From the NCBI GenBank assembly GCA_038043525.1, contig JBBTBW010000006.1, positions 77,442 to 141,441 on the forward strand: DNA of 64,000 nt. The letters are read 5' to 3'. This document shows positions 39,924 to 48,773 of this stretch, piece after piece. How positions within the stretch are numbered: the stretch's first letter is position 1; every line of letters starts with the position of its first letter. The notes beneath the pieces were generated by a model that was given only the letters and a program-made list of their open reading frames with translations, did no database searches and had not been told where the DNA came from. This stretch comes from Deltaproteobacteria bacterium. GTDB taxonomy: Bacteria > Desulfobacterota > GWC2-55-46. The translations under genes were made by a program, and so were the position numbers.

Positions 39924-40946
39924 CTATTTTGCACCGGTAGCGCACCTGAACCCGAAGTTGTTGTTCCTGGTGTGCGGGTGAAAAAATATTCTATTGTAAG
40001 CAGGCGAGCTTATCCCGCACTTGTAGTTTGTGCAGTCGAACCATGACCCGCCTCTTAGGACCTTGAACTTCTCCCCGTAGTTTTCATCCGAGTGGGTATT
40101 GCCTGGGTAGGGCTTGAACCAGTCGTCTACCCATTCGAATGCGTTTCCGGCAAGGTCATAGACGCCGTACGGGCTTTTACCGCTCTCGAAGCTGCCTACC
40201 TGCATGGTGTCTTCGTTGCCGAACTGCGGAGTATTACCTTTGTTCTTGTCGAACTGGTCCCCCCACGGGAACGTTCTTTTGTCTGTGCCTCTGGTGGCCT
40301 TTTCCCACTCGCGTTCTGACGGGAGCCTCTTGCCCTCCCACTTGCAGAAGGCATCAGCGTCATACCAGCTCACGAATACTACGGGATGGTACTCTTTGCC
40401 TTCCGGTATCCTGCCGTCTGTCCAGTGGCCCGGAGCTTTAACCTTGCCGGCATCTACAAATGCCTTATACCGCTTGTTCGTGACCTCATACCTGTCTATA
40501 CGGAAGGCGCCGAGGCTTTCCTTGTGTTCCGGCTGGCTCTTGGGCCACCAGTCGTTAGAACCCATCGTGAACTCGCCGGCAGGCACAAGCGCCATCTCAT
40601 TAAACTGTCTGGCAGATCTCTTTTTTACAGCGCTCATGACCGGTGTCGCGCCGTCCGCGCTGCTCGCCACCATGAATCCGCCTTTAGCGTCATGAGGCGT
40701 CCTGAACCTTTCGTTTATGCTTACATAATTTTCGCTAAGCCCCGGGCCGTGGCATCCTACGCATGTCTCGTCTCTTGTATAATCCGTTGAGTAGCGTCTC
40801 TCCGGAGTGTGGCAGTCCATGCATTTGGGCTCGCCTGTGACCGGGTCGTAATCGCCGCTTTGGGCCCCTGCCTGGTGCGCATAGGCAAAAAGGCCTAAGG
40901 CCAGCGCGAATGCCGGAACAATGGCATACTTGATCTTTTTCTTCAT
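39924..40946 (-). CDS. Dihaem cytochrome c fused to an FGE-sulfatase (SUMF1-like) domain
   Basis: Signal peptide, CMDCH and CVGCH haem-binding motifs, then WYDADAFCKWEGKRLPSEREWEKATRG...RGGSW. Start placed at ATG 40946 with an AGGAAA RBS. Confidence 0.7.
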   Translation of the reverse strand: MKKKIKYAIVPAFALALGLFAYAHQAGAQSGDYDPVTGEPKCMDCHTPERRYSTDYTRDETCVGCHGPGLSENYVSINERFRTPHDAKGGFMVASSADGATPVMSAVKKRSARQFNEMALVPAGEFTMGSNDWWPKSQPEHKESLGAFRIDRYEVTNKRYKAFVDAGKVKAPGHWTDGRIPEGKEYHPVVFVSWYDADAFCKWEGKRLPSEREWEKATRGTDKRTFPWGDQFDKNKGNTPQFGNEDTMQVGSFESGKSPYGVYDLAGNAFEWVDDWFKPYPGNTHSDENYGEKFKVLRGGSWFDCTNYKCGISSPAYNRIFFHPHTRNNNFGFRCATGAK

Positions 40947-41000
40947 GATATTTTCCTGTGCTAGGGCGGCAGACTGCAAAAGTCTTACCCGCCAGGATGG

Positions 41001-41486
41001 TTACTTCTTTGATTCCTCGGCCTGTTTGCCTTCGCGTTCAAGTTGTCTTATGAAGGCCAGCACCGACCACCTCTCTTTTTCCGAGAGTATATCTGCCCAT
41101 CTCGGCATCGACATCGCCTCACCGCCGATTTCCTTGTGTATGCCTAAGGTGATGGATTCATACAACTCATTATCCGTCTTGGACATCCTCTTAGTGTCGG
41201 CTACGAAATCAGCAGGGTGCGGCGTGAGCGCGATGCCGACAGGGCCGTCGCCGCGGCCCTTCTGTCCATGGCAGAAGTGGCAGTACCTGAAGTAGATCTC
41301 TTTTCCAACGACAGTATCGGCTGACGCCTGTGTCGCTGCTTGGCTCGTTACTGTCTGCGGTCCAGTCGCGGCCTTCTCTTTTTTACCGTCTCCGGGCGAA
41401 CATCCGTAGAGTGCCGCTGAGCCGATCAGTAGCACTAACAATGCCGGAAGCCGCGCGGCCGGATAGAACGATCTCTTTATTTTCAT
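41001..41486 (-). CDS. Monohaem class I c-type cytochrome
   Basis: Signal peptide with lipobox-like LYGCS, haem site CHFCHG and a distal Met (SMPRW). Confidence 0.7.
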   Translation of the reverse strand: MKIKRSFYPAARLPALLVLLIGSAALYGCSPGDGKKEKAATGPQTVTSQAATQASADTVVGKEIYFRYCHFCHGQKGRGDGPVGIALTPHPADFVADTKRMSKTDNELYESITLGIHKEIGGEAMSMPRWADILSEKERWSVLAFIRQLEREGKQAEESKK

Positions 41487-41551
41487 GATATGAAGCCCTT
41501 TTCCTGATGGTCTTGCAACCATGCCCGTCCATTATTTCGTATCCAGCCGCC

Positions 41552-42586
41552 CTATTTCTTGTCGAGGTATTCGATCTTGGCGACGCTTTTCATCTCTGTT
41601 ATCCATGCATTCCAGAGCATCTTCTGTTCTTTTGACTCGAGTTCCTTTTCGAGTTTTTCCTTGTTCAGATCTTCAAACTTCTTTTGTGTGGAGACCTTCC
41701 GATCTACCAGCTTGACTATGTGATAGCCGTATATGGTTGAGACAGGCTCGCTGACCTCGCCTGGCTTCATCTTTTCGGCGGCCGCGTCTATCTCATCGAA
41801 GAGGCTTCCTTTGTGCGCCCAGCCCATGTCGCCGCCGTTCTTGGCGTTGGGGTCTTCAGAGTGCAGCTCTGCGATCTTGGCGAAGTCCTCACCGGCCCTT
41901 ATCTGCTTGAGTATGTCCTGCGCCTTTTTAAGAGAGGCGTTCCATGCCTTTTGACCGCCTGACGGGTCGGCCTTTATAAGGATAGACTTCAGGTGTATCT
42001 GTTCCGGCTCCTTGAACTTGGCGAGGTTCTTGTCGTAGTAAGCCTTCATGAATGCTTCGTTTACGGCGTTTTCGGCTTTTTTCTTGAACTCCTCTATCTT
42101 CTTCTGCGAGACGCGGGCTACGAGTATCCCCATCTTCATGTCAAGTTTGAGTTCATCCATCGTCATATTGCTTCTTTTAAGGACGGCCTCGAGCTTATCG
42201 CCTTTGGGCAGGTTTTTCTTTATCACAGCTATCTTGGCGTCGACCTCTTTTGCCTTTACGTCGTCCATCTTATTCTCAACGGCGTACTTGAAGATCAGCT
42301 CGTTGGTGACGATTTTTTCAAGGGCCTGGGCGCGGATCTGCTTGAGGCGCTTCTCGCTGACGGATGAATGGTACGATACGATCGGCATGAGGTTGTTTAT
42401 GGCTATCTCGAGGTCCTCTTTGGTTATGTCCCTGCCATTGACCCTGGCTACGATCTCAGGCGTCCTGGCTGAGACGGCCGCCGGTGCGTCTTTTGCTTGC
42501 ACTGACTCCGCACCGTAAAAACCTGCCGGCGAGAGCAGCATTAGAAAGACGGACATTGCCAACGTTTTTCTGGAAAGATAGGCCAT
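41552..42586 (-). CDS. SurA/PpiD-like periplasmic chaperone with a parvulin PPIase domain
   Basis: Signal peptide, a chaperone domain and a C-terminal parvulin motif GGDMGWAHKGSLFDEIDAAA...GYHIVKL. Confidence 0.75.
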   Translation of the reverse strand: MAYLSRKTLAMSVFLMLLSPAGFYGAESVQAKDAPAAVSARTPEIVARVNGRDITKEDLEIAINNLMPIVSYHSSVSEKRLKQIRAQALEKIVTNELIFKYAVENKMDDVKAKEVDAKIAVIKKNLPKGDKLEAVLKRSNMTMDELKLDMKMGILVARVSQKKIEEFKKKAENAVNEAFMKAYYDKNLAKFKEPEQIHLKSILIKADPSGGQKAWNASLKKAQDILKQIRAGEDFAKIAELHSEDPNAKNGGDMGWAHKGSLFDEIDAAAEKMKPGEVSEPVSTIYGYHIVKLVDRKVSTQKKFEDLNKEKLEKELESKEQKMLWNAWITEMKSVAKIEYLDKK

Positions 42587-42909
42587 TTCGATACCTCCGA
42601 TTTTAATGACTGCTGATTATAATATAAAGTCATGTAAATATAAAACTAAAAAAACAAAGGCTCAGGCTTGAAAAATCTCCGCAATCTGACGCCTGTCTAT
42701 TGTATTCGGAGACCTTTAAATGCGTATTAGTCTTAAATTAAAAATTTTTAATGGGAGGCAGGCCGCTCCAGCGTTCTAAGGCCCGAAAAAACCTCACTGT
42801 AAGTACCTATCGGCTCTGACAGATAGATAATTGAGGAAAATCTGGGCACGGTCTTTCAGCCTTTAAAAAGCAGAGATAACCCATCTTCGATCGTCTGCCG
42901 GTATAGAAA

Positions 42910-42936
42910 AGGAGGGCCGAGAATCGGCCCTCCTTT
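42910..42936. terminator. Intrinsic terminator hairpin, A-run upstream and T-run downstream (bidirectional)
   Basis: aaaa ggagggccgagaatcggccctcc tttt. Confidence 0.6.
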
Positions 42937-42944
42937 TCTGATGC

Positions 42945-43620
42945 GCTATGCGGTTTTGACGCCGCAGAGTTTTTTTTACTTGTTGCGGCAGGTTCTGCAG
43001 AGGCCTGAACCGGAGTTGCCGCTGACCCTTCTGAGGAAGAGACCGTTGGACTCTTCTTCAAGATCGAGCACCGCTACGTTCGTGTAGGTGGAATCCACCT
43101 CGTTGTACACTTGTTGTTGAAGTGCGGGTCGTGGCAGGAAGGAGCATAAAGGAGGCCGACGAGCAGGCTCGGTATCTACTCAGTGCGGGTTCAAGTTTGC
43201 AACTTGAACCCGATAATTCGTCAAGGCGCATTTTGAGATTTATGGAGCAGGTTGCAAACCTGCTCCCGCCATAGGCGTAGACAAGGTTCCGGCCTTTGAA
43301 TTTATCCTTTGTCTTGAAACAAACCCGGGCCATGGCGTAGCGAGCCTGACTGAGAGACGACGAGCAGGCGGCGGGTGTGACCCGCCCTACCGCCTGAAAG
43401 AGAGCGATGCGAGTCATACCCAAAAAGCCGCACGGAAGTGCAAAGCTAAAATCAGACCTATATTTTTTGCAAGGGGCCGTTAGAGCCAAACCAGAAGCTC
43501 ACGGTGGTGCGCAAAAAGAAAATCAGCAAATACATGACCGCTGGAATAGTTGCTTTGTCATTGGCGTCAAACAAAACCCGGACCGTGGCGTAACGAGCCG
43601 TATTAAGCTCAAGTAAGAAA
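42945..43620. repeat. Gene-free region of about 0.7 kb with internal direct repeats and multiple hairpins; candidate structured ncRNA locus
   Basis: The motif aaacaaa(a)cccgg(g/a)cc(a/g)tggcgta(g/a)cgagcc occurs twice, at 43316 and 43567. Hairpins are ggagcaggttgcaaacctgctcc, ggcgggtgtgacccgcc and the palindrome cgggttcaagtttgcaacttgaacccg. No ORF with an RBS is present. Confidence 0.5.
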
Positions 43621-43648
43621 GGGGCGGCCATTGATGGCCGCCCCTTTT
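43621..43648. terminator. Strong intrinsic terminator (GC-rich 10-bp stem plus T4)
   Basis: ggggcggccattgatggccgcccctttt. It serves the NHL gene on the minus strand and any plus-strand transcript from the upstream region. Confidence 0.7.
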
Positions 43649-43669
43649 GAGATCAAAATATAAAGTCTG

Positions 43670-44728
43670 TTACTTCTTCGCCGGTGCGGCTGATGCTGCG
43701 GCCCGTGCCTTAGACTTCTCGCCGAGGAATTCAAATACCTCGACCCTTCTGTTCCATGAGTCGACGATATATATATAGTCGTTTTTGTCTATCGCCGCGC
43801 CGGAAGGAAGCACCATCTGACCGCGCTCGTTGCCGTAGCTGGCGAACGGCAAGAGGATCTGGCCCTCATCATCGAAGATCTGTACGTTGTTGAAGGCCGA
43901 GTCCACGACATAAACATGGCCTTCGCTGTCTACAGCGATGCCTTTAGGCCGCGCGAACATCCCTGCGGCATCGCCGAACTGGCCGAAGGCCCGTATGAAC
44001 TTGCCCTCGGAATCGAATATCTGCACCCTGCCGTTCATCGTATCTACTACGAATACCCTGCCTTTGGGGTCGACCGTTATGTTAGATGGAAAGTTGAAGT
44101 GGCCTTCCTCTTTGCCGCGCTTCCCGATAGTCCTGATAGGCTTGAGCGTTTCAAGGTCGAAGACCCGTATGTCATGCGTGTGCGTGTCCGTTACGTAGAG
44201 CTTCTTGTTGATGTTGTCGGATATTATCCCCGTAGGCTGCTTGAACGGGACATCAGGTGTGATGTTGGTGATGAATTTGCCGCTCGCGTCATAGATCGCG
44301 ACCTTGTCGTCTTGCGAGTCGGTGACGAATATCCTGCCGATGTGGTCGACTGTGACGCCTATAGGCTTGTAAAGGGTCCGAACCCCGCCCATCTCCGAGA
44401 GTGTAGTGGTGGTCTTTTTCTCGGGATCGATTATGAACACGTCGCCAGCGGCCGTATCGGTAACATAGATGCGGCCCTTGTCGTCTGCATATATGCCGTT
44501 TGGCTTTTTAAGGGCTGACGAGGCCTCGGCGCCAAGTAGTATGTCTGCCGCTATGGAGGACTTTTTGAAGTCCAGGTTATCGCTCCCCCTGTAATCCCTT
44601 AGGTATTTTATGCGGGGCTCGTCAGGAGGCGCCGGCCAGTACAGGTCCGGGAGAGGAGGGGCCGCACAGCCGTATACGATAATTGGCAGAGCAACAAGCA
44701 TCAACAGCTTTTTCAGGGTGGCCTTCAT
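43670..44728 (-). CDS. NHL-repeat (six-bladed beta-propeller) lipoprotein
   Basis: Lipobox VYGC and repeated NHL units (YVTDT, FVTDS, YVVDS, YIVDS). Confidence 0.75.
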   Translation of the reverse strand: MKATLKKLLMLVALPIIVYGCAAPPLPDLYWPAPPDEPRIKYLRDYRGSDNLDFKKSSIAADILLGAEASSALKKPNGIYADDKGRIYVTDTAAGDVFIIDPEKKTTTTLSEMGGVRTLYKPIGVTVDHIGRIFVTDSQDDKVAIYDASGKFITNITPDVPFKQPTGIISDNINKKLYVTDTHTHDIRVFDLETLKPIRTIGKRGKEEGHFNFPSNITVDPKGRVFVVDTMNGRVQIFDSEGKFIRAFGQFGDAAGMFARPKGIAVDSEGHVYVVDSAFNNVQIFDDEGQILLPFASYGNERGQMVLPSGAAIDKNDYIYIVDSWNRRVEVFEFLGEKSKARAAASAAPAKK

Positions 44729-44904
44729 GTACTGATCCCTCGCTTTATTGACTGCCGGCGGTCTTTTTTGATATTTCTAACAAGTCGTTCCGTCGGCGGT
44801 ACACTGTTTTTTCAGATAATATTTGGTAACGATGTTTGGATTTTACTATGCCGTTCCGTTTAAAGTCAAGACTTGTATTGGTCCATTGGGATAGTCAAGG
44901 CGTC

Positions 44905-45534
44905 TTATCTCCACCGTTCCCTCTCCATAGACTGTCCTTTAAGCACTATATGGCATCTTATGCAGTTCTCCCTCGGCCAGAAGGTGAAGGCGACCTTGCC
45001 GTGGCATCTGCCGCACCATTGGCCCTGGAATATCTCGTCCATGCTTATCGGGTTGGCGCCGGCCTCAGGGATGAATATCTTTGGATGGCAGTTGTTGCAA
45101 CTCAGCCAGTATGTATGTATCGAGTGAGGAAAAAGGACGTTTGCCATAAGCGGCACCTTTGCCTCAATGAAGATGTTGAGGTGTAAAGGGGCGTCTTCCT
45201 CCACGCCTGGCTCGATGGCGCTCTTCGGGTTAATGTAACCCTGGACAACCGCAGCCGTCCAGTTGACCTCGCCGGCTGTATCTTTTGGAAGCGAGTCAAG
45301 GGCCTCTATCTCGGTCGTGCCGGGCCTGATAGAGGATCTCCTGGCTACCTCTTTGTAAAAGTTCTCGTAATAGTCGTCGAAATTTTGAGGAGGTGCTACA
45401 ACCGGCTTGCTTACATCGGTGCTGACGAGCTGGTCTATGGACTCGCCAAGCCCGCACCCTGTCAATAAGAAAAGGGAAATGACTGCCGCAGCGGCGAGGG
45501 GGAGCGCGTTGAGGTATCTGAAAAATGCTTTCAC
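44905..45534 (-). CDS. Trihaem c-type cytochrome lipoprotein
   Basis: Lipobox LTGC. Three CxxCH motifs (CNNCH, CGRCH, CIRCH) packed into the C-terminal 60 residues, as in c7/c3-type cytochromes. Confidence 0.75.
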   Translation of the reverse strand: MKAFFRYLNALPLAAAAVISLFLLTGCGLGESIDQLVSTDVSKPVVAPPQNFDDYYENFYKEVARRSSIRPGTTEIEALDSLPKDTAGEVNWTAAVVQGYINPKSAIEPGVEEDAPLHLNIFIEAKVPLMANVLFPHSIHTYWLSCNNCHPKIFIPEAGANPISMDEIFQGQWCGRCHGKVAFTFWPRENCIRCHIVLKGQSMERERWR

Positions 45535-45689
45535 TTAAGGTGTCACCGCTAGGTCTGGTTATAGTAATTACACTTTTAAGCCTATATTACTTTTACTATA
45601 GGCGTGTGGTGATTGTCAAGCGATAAGCATGGCTAATAGCTTGAATATTGTTGACAATTTCATTATGAAGCGGTATCTCTATCTGATAA

Positions 45690-46910
45690 ATGTCAGAACA
45701 AAAGGTTATATGGTCATTCGGCGGCGGTAAGGGCTTGATAGAAAAAGGCGTTGCCGTCGCTAATATCGCGTGCGGCCTCGCGCTAAGCGGAGCGCGTGTC
45801 CTTCTTGTCGATGCCGATCCGCTCGGCACAGGAATGCATACCTTTTTCAGCGACGAGAAGCCCTCCTACGGGTTCGATGACTTTCTTAGCGGCAGTGTGG
45901 CAAGCCTGGCGGATGTCTCTTGGGAGACTGGTGTTGACGGCCTTAGGCTGGTATCCGTCGGCACCGGGTTTTTGAGGCTGGCCGACCCGGATTTCCCCAT
46001 GAGAAAAAGGCTTTTAAAAGAGGTTTGGGACCTTGATGTCGGCTATATACTCGTAAACCTCGGTTCAGGCGCTTCCGGGGACATACTTGATTTTTTCTCT
46101 CTGTCAGATGAAGGGATTATTCTCCTTTCGCCAGAGCCTGTGTCAGTCCAGGGCGGGTTTGATTTTCTCAGGGGTTTTGTCTACAGGCGGTTAGCGATCA
46201 TCTTTTCAGATGATCTCGCTGTCTCGGCCCTTATAAGCGAGGCTACAGACGCGAGGGGGCATAACCCGGTAAAGACTTTTTCAGACCTGTGCGAGCGGAT
46301 AGCATCCGTTGACAGGGATGGCGCGCAAAAGGCTATATCGGAAATAAAAAGGTTCGCTCCGCAGTTGCTCCTGAATATGGGTGGCGCTCAGGAAGATGTC
46401 GGTGCGCCAAGCGCCCTTGCTTCAGTCTCAAAGAGGTTTTTGGGTCTCGATACCGGCTTTATCGGGACCATCCATTCAGGGACCGGGGTCGGCTCCGCCG
46501 GAAGGGCGCGTCTGTTCATGCTCGACGGCGGCGAAGCAGATGCGAGCAAGGAAATCGAAGACATTATCTCTTCCCTTATCGGAGAGCGGCAGGAAGCACC
46601 TGTGCCGGTACAATCTATTGTTGGTTCAGGTCCTGGCGCACAGGCGCAGGTCCAAGAGGTGTTCGGTTTTAATGACAACGTATATCATGAGGACTCGGTC
46701 ATGCACGTCCAGACAGAGGTGCAGGGCGGAGAGGACCCGTCCATAGAGACGATCATCTATCATGGCGGAAGGATATTTTTCTCAAAAAAAACACTCTGGT
46801 CGTCTCTTGCCCCTGAAGTGGTAAGCGCTGGGATCAAGGACTTCGCTACGCGCCAGCACAGGGTCGCGATAGCCGCGATAAAACTGAATAAAATAAGTTT
46901 CAAAGGTTGA
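45690..46910 (+). CDS. MinD/ParA-superfamily protein with a degenerate Walker A and a long C-terminal extension
   Basis: SFGGGKGLIEKGVAVANIACGLALSGARVLLVDAD parallels MinD/FlhG (KGGVGKTT...LxDxD), but the P-loop is non-canonical. Confidence 0.5.
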   Translation: MSEQKVIWSFGGGKGLIEKGVAVANIACGLALSGARVLLVDADPLGTGMHTFFSDEKPSYGFDDFLSGSVASLADVSWETGVDGLRLVSVGTGFLRLADPDFPMRKRLLKEVWDLDVGYILVNLGSGASGDILDFFSLSDEGIILLSPEPVSVQGGFDFLRGFVYRRLAIIFSDDLAVSALISEATDARGHNPVKTFSDLCERIASVDRDGAQKAISEIKRFAPQLLLNMGGAQEDVGAPSALASVSKRFLGLDTGFIGTIHSGTGVGSAGRARLFMLDGGEADASKEIEDIISSLIGERQEAPVPVQSIVGSGPGAQAQVQEVFGFNDNVYHEDSVMHVQTEVQGGEDPSIETIIYHGGRIFFSKKTLWSSLAPEVVSAGIKDFATRQHRVAIAAIKLNKISFKG

Positions 46911-46913
46911 TCT

Positions 46914-47615
46914 ATGGGCGCTTTAGTCGGTCTCTTAGGCGGTTCGTTCGAGTTTATAAGCAGGTTTGCAGATCTTTTGCGGGACTGCGGGTTTGATCCG
47001 GTGGTCGGACCGTCCGATGCCGGGCTGTCCAGGGCAGGCGAGGTAAGTATTTATGAGGTCACTGACAGGTCTGTTTGCGAGTCGCTCCTTGAAAAGGACG
47101 GCACAGAACCGTTCTTGGTCTATTCGGACCTTCAATTTACCCCTGAGGAGCTTGTCTCGCTCAAGGCAAAGGGATTTGTAGGCGCGATAACGACAAGGAC
47201 CTCGCCGGAGGATACGGCATTCCTTGTGAATAAGGCGCTTTTTTACTCCAGGATGTTAAAGAGGAATCCGCGCGTTCCGGTAAGCCTGCCGGTGGAGCTG
47301 TCTGTAGGGGTAAGGGTATTAAAGACAACCGCCTCGATGCTCAGCAGGGACGGGATCTTCGTCATCACGATGAACCCTCTGCCGGTAAACTCGCTCTGTG
47401 ATCTTGCATTCAGACTGCCAGGGCCAGAGCATACCTTTAAGACCGTATCAAGAGTCCTGTACAATATAACCATCAACAAGGAACTGGGCATAATCGCAGA
47501 CCCGAGGGACCCGTTCAAAAGGCTTGTGGCGCATCCCGGCATGGCAATGCTCTTCGTTGATATGAGCGTTGATGACAGGGCGCTGATAGAGGCGTATATA
47601 GAGACTATCTCCTGA
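46914..47615 (+). CDS. PilZ-like (non-canonical) domain protein
   Basis: KRNPRVPV...TASMLSRDGIFV approximates the PilZ RxxxR/DxSxxG motifs with substitutions. Lies 4 nt after the MinD-like gene. Confidence 0.35.
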   Translation: MGALVGLLGGSFEFISRFADLLRDCGFDPVVGPSDAGLSRAGEVSIYEVTDRSVCESLLEKDGTEPFLVYSDLQFTPEELVSLKAKGFVGAITTRTSPEDTAFLVNKALFYSRMLKRNPRVPVSLPVELSVGVRVLKTTASMLSRDGIFVITMNPLPVNSLCDLAFRLPGPEHTFKTVSRVLYNITINKELGIIADPRDPFKRLVAHPGMAMLFVDMSVDDRALIEAYIETIS

Positions 47616-47681
47616 GCATCTGCAAGTCATTCTTTTTCGCAGGAGTCGACGTATGCATTCAATATCGCCCCTGCAACGCGA

Positions 47682-48350
47682 CTATCTCTTGACTGCCGCC
47701 TGTTTTTTCACGAACTCTTTTAGTATACTTACCACCTCTGAGTCTTCCACCTGTAGGAAGTCCTCGTAGAGCTGGCTTACCGCGAAAAACGGCTCAGGCA
47801 TCGCAGGACATACGACGGAGTCCACCTCAGCCATCGCCTGGATGATCTCTACCGTATCCGTTGGCCCTCCGGGCACAGCGACAACTATCTTCGCCGCACC
47901 ATCGGCATGCGCGGCCTGGATCGCCGAGACCATCGTTGAGCCTGTCGCAAGGCCGTCATCGATTATCAAGACCGTTTTTTTATTGAGATCGACCTTGTGC
48001 TTGACCTTTCTGTATAGGGCGAGCCGCTCTTTAATAGTCTCAAGGCGCGCCTTTTTTTCCTCTTCGATGTACTCCGGCGGTATGCGCAGGCTTCTTACGG
48101 CGTCAGCGTTGAGATACACCTGTCCGTCTTCAGTGACAGCGCCGATCGCCAGTTCAGGGTTGTACGGGGCCCGCAGTTTGCCTGCCATTATGATGTCTAG
48201 ATCGCACCCGAGCCTGTCTGCGACCTGGGCCGCTACTGTAACGCCGCCTCTAGGCAGACCGATGACAACGATATCTTCGCCTGAATATCTTGTAAGCCTC
48301 TCGGCAAGGAGCTTTCCGGCTTCATGCCTGTCAGCGTATTTTCTGGACAT
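47682..48350 (-). CDS. Phosphoribosyltransferase-family protein (COG1926-like)
   Basis: PRPP-binding loop VLIIDDGLATGSTM. Confidence 0.7.
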   Translation of the reverse strand: MSRKYADRHEAGKLLAERLTRYSGEDIVVIGLPRGGVTVAAQVADRLGCDLDIIMAGKLRAPYNPELAIGAVTEDGQVYLNADAVRSLRIPPEYIEEEKKARLETIKERLALYRKVKHKVDLNKKTVLIIDDGLATGSTMVSAIQAAHADGAAKIVVAVPGGPTDTVEIIQAMAEVDSVVCPAMPEPFFAVSQLYEDFLQVEDSEVVSILKEFVKKQAAVKR

Positions 48351-48773
48351 AGTATCCTCATAACTGCGGATTTTTTTAAATCATATCCCTTGAGGGCGCA
48401 TTGTCAAGAAGCGGTTTCCTCCGGAGAGGACTTGTCCCTACATGGGATCTCAGTTGTGTTGCCTATGTCTGCCTCAATAATAGCTGGTCAGGCCGTTGGC
48501 ATCCAACTTTTTTCCAAGCATGCGTGAAGTTTGGATCGGCACAGTATATGAAGCGAGTTCGGCCGGCCTTGACCTATCTGCTTTCGTCCTGATATACTTC
48601 ATTTCAATGCGAAGTGAGAAGGCGCGATCAAGGCGGTACGTGAACCTTGCGGCAGAGTCTGATAAGAGGCCGAGGTTTTCAATCAGGGGATCGTTTTCAG
48701 CCGTTTTAACCGGCGCTACGACGCATCTATCAATAATAGCCAATAGCCATAGCAGAAGAAGATAAGGGGTGAT

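Noticed and set aside
43058-43616. ORFs of 143 aa (-) and 69 aa (+) in the gene-free region
   Set aside because: They have no RBS, run through multiple GC hairpins and repeats, and have Arg/Ala/Cys-rich composition typical of noncoding GC-rich DNA.
42945-43620. Possible RNase P RNA, tmRNA, SRP or 6S RNA in the large gene-free region
   Set aside because: The universal motifs are absent on both strands: GGAAAGTCCGG/ACAGAACCCGG for RNase P, the tRNA-like GGTTCGAATCC end and tag-peptide frame for tmRNA, GGAAGCAGCCA for SRP. Only vague resemblance (ACAAACCCGG) was seen.
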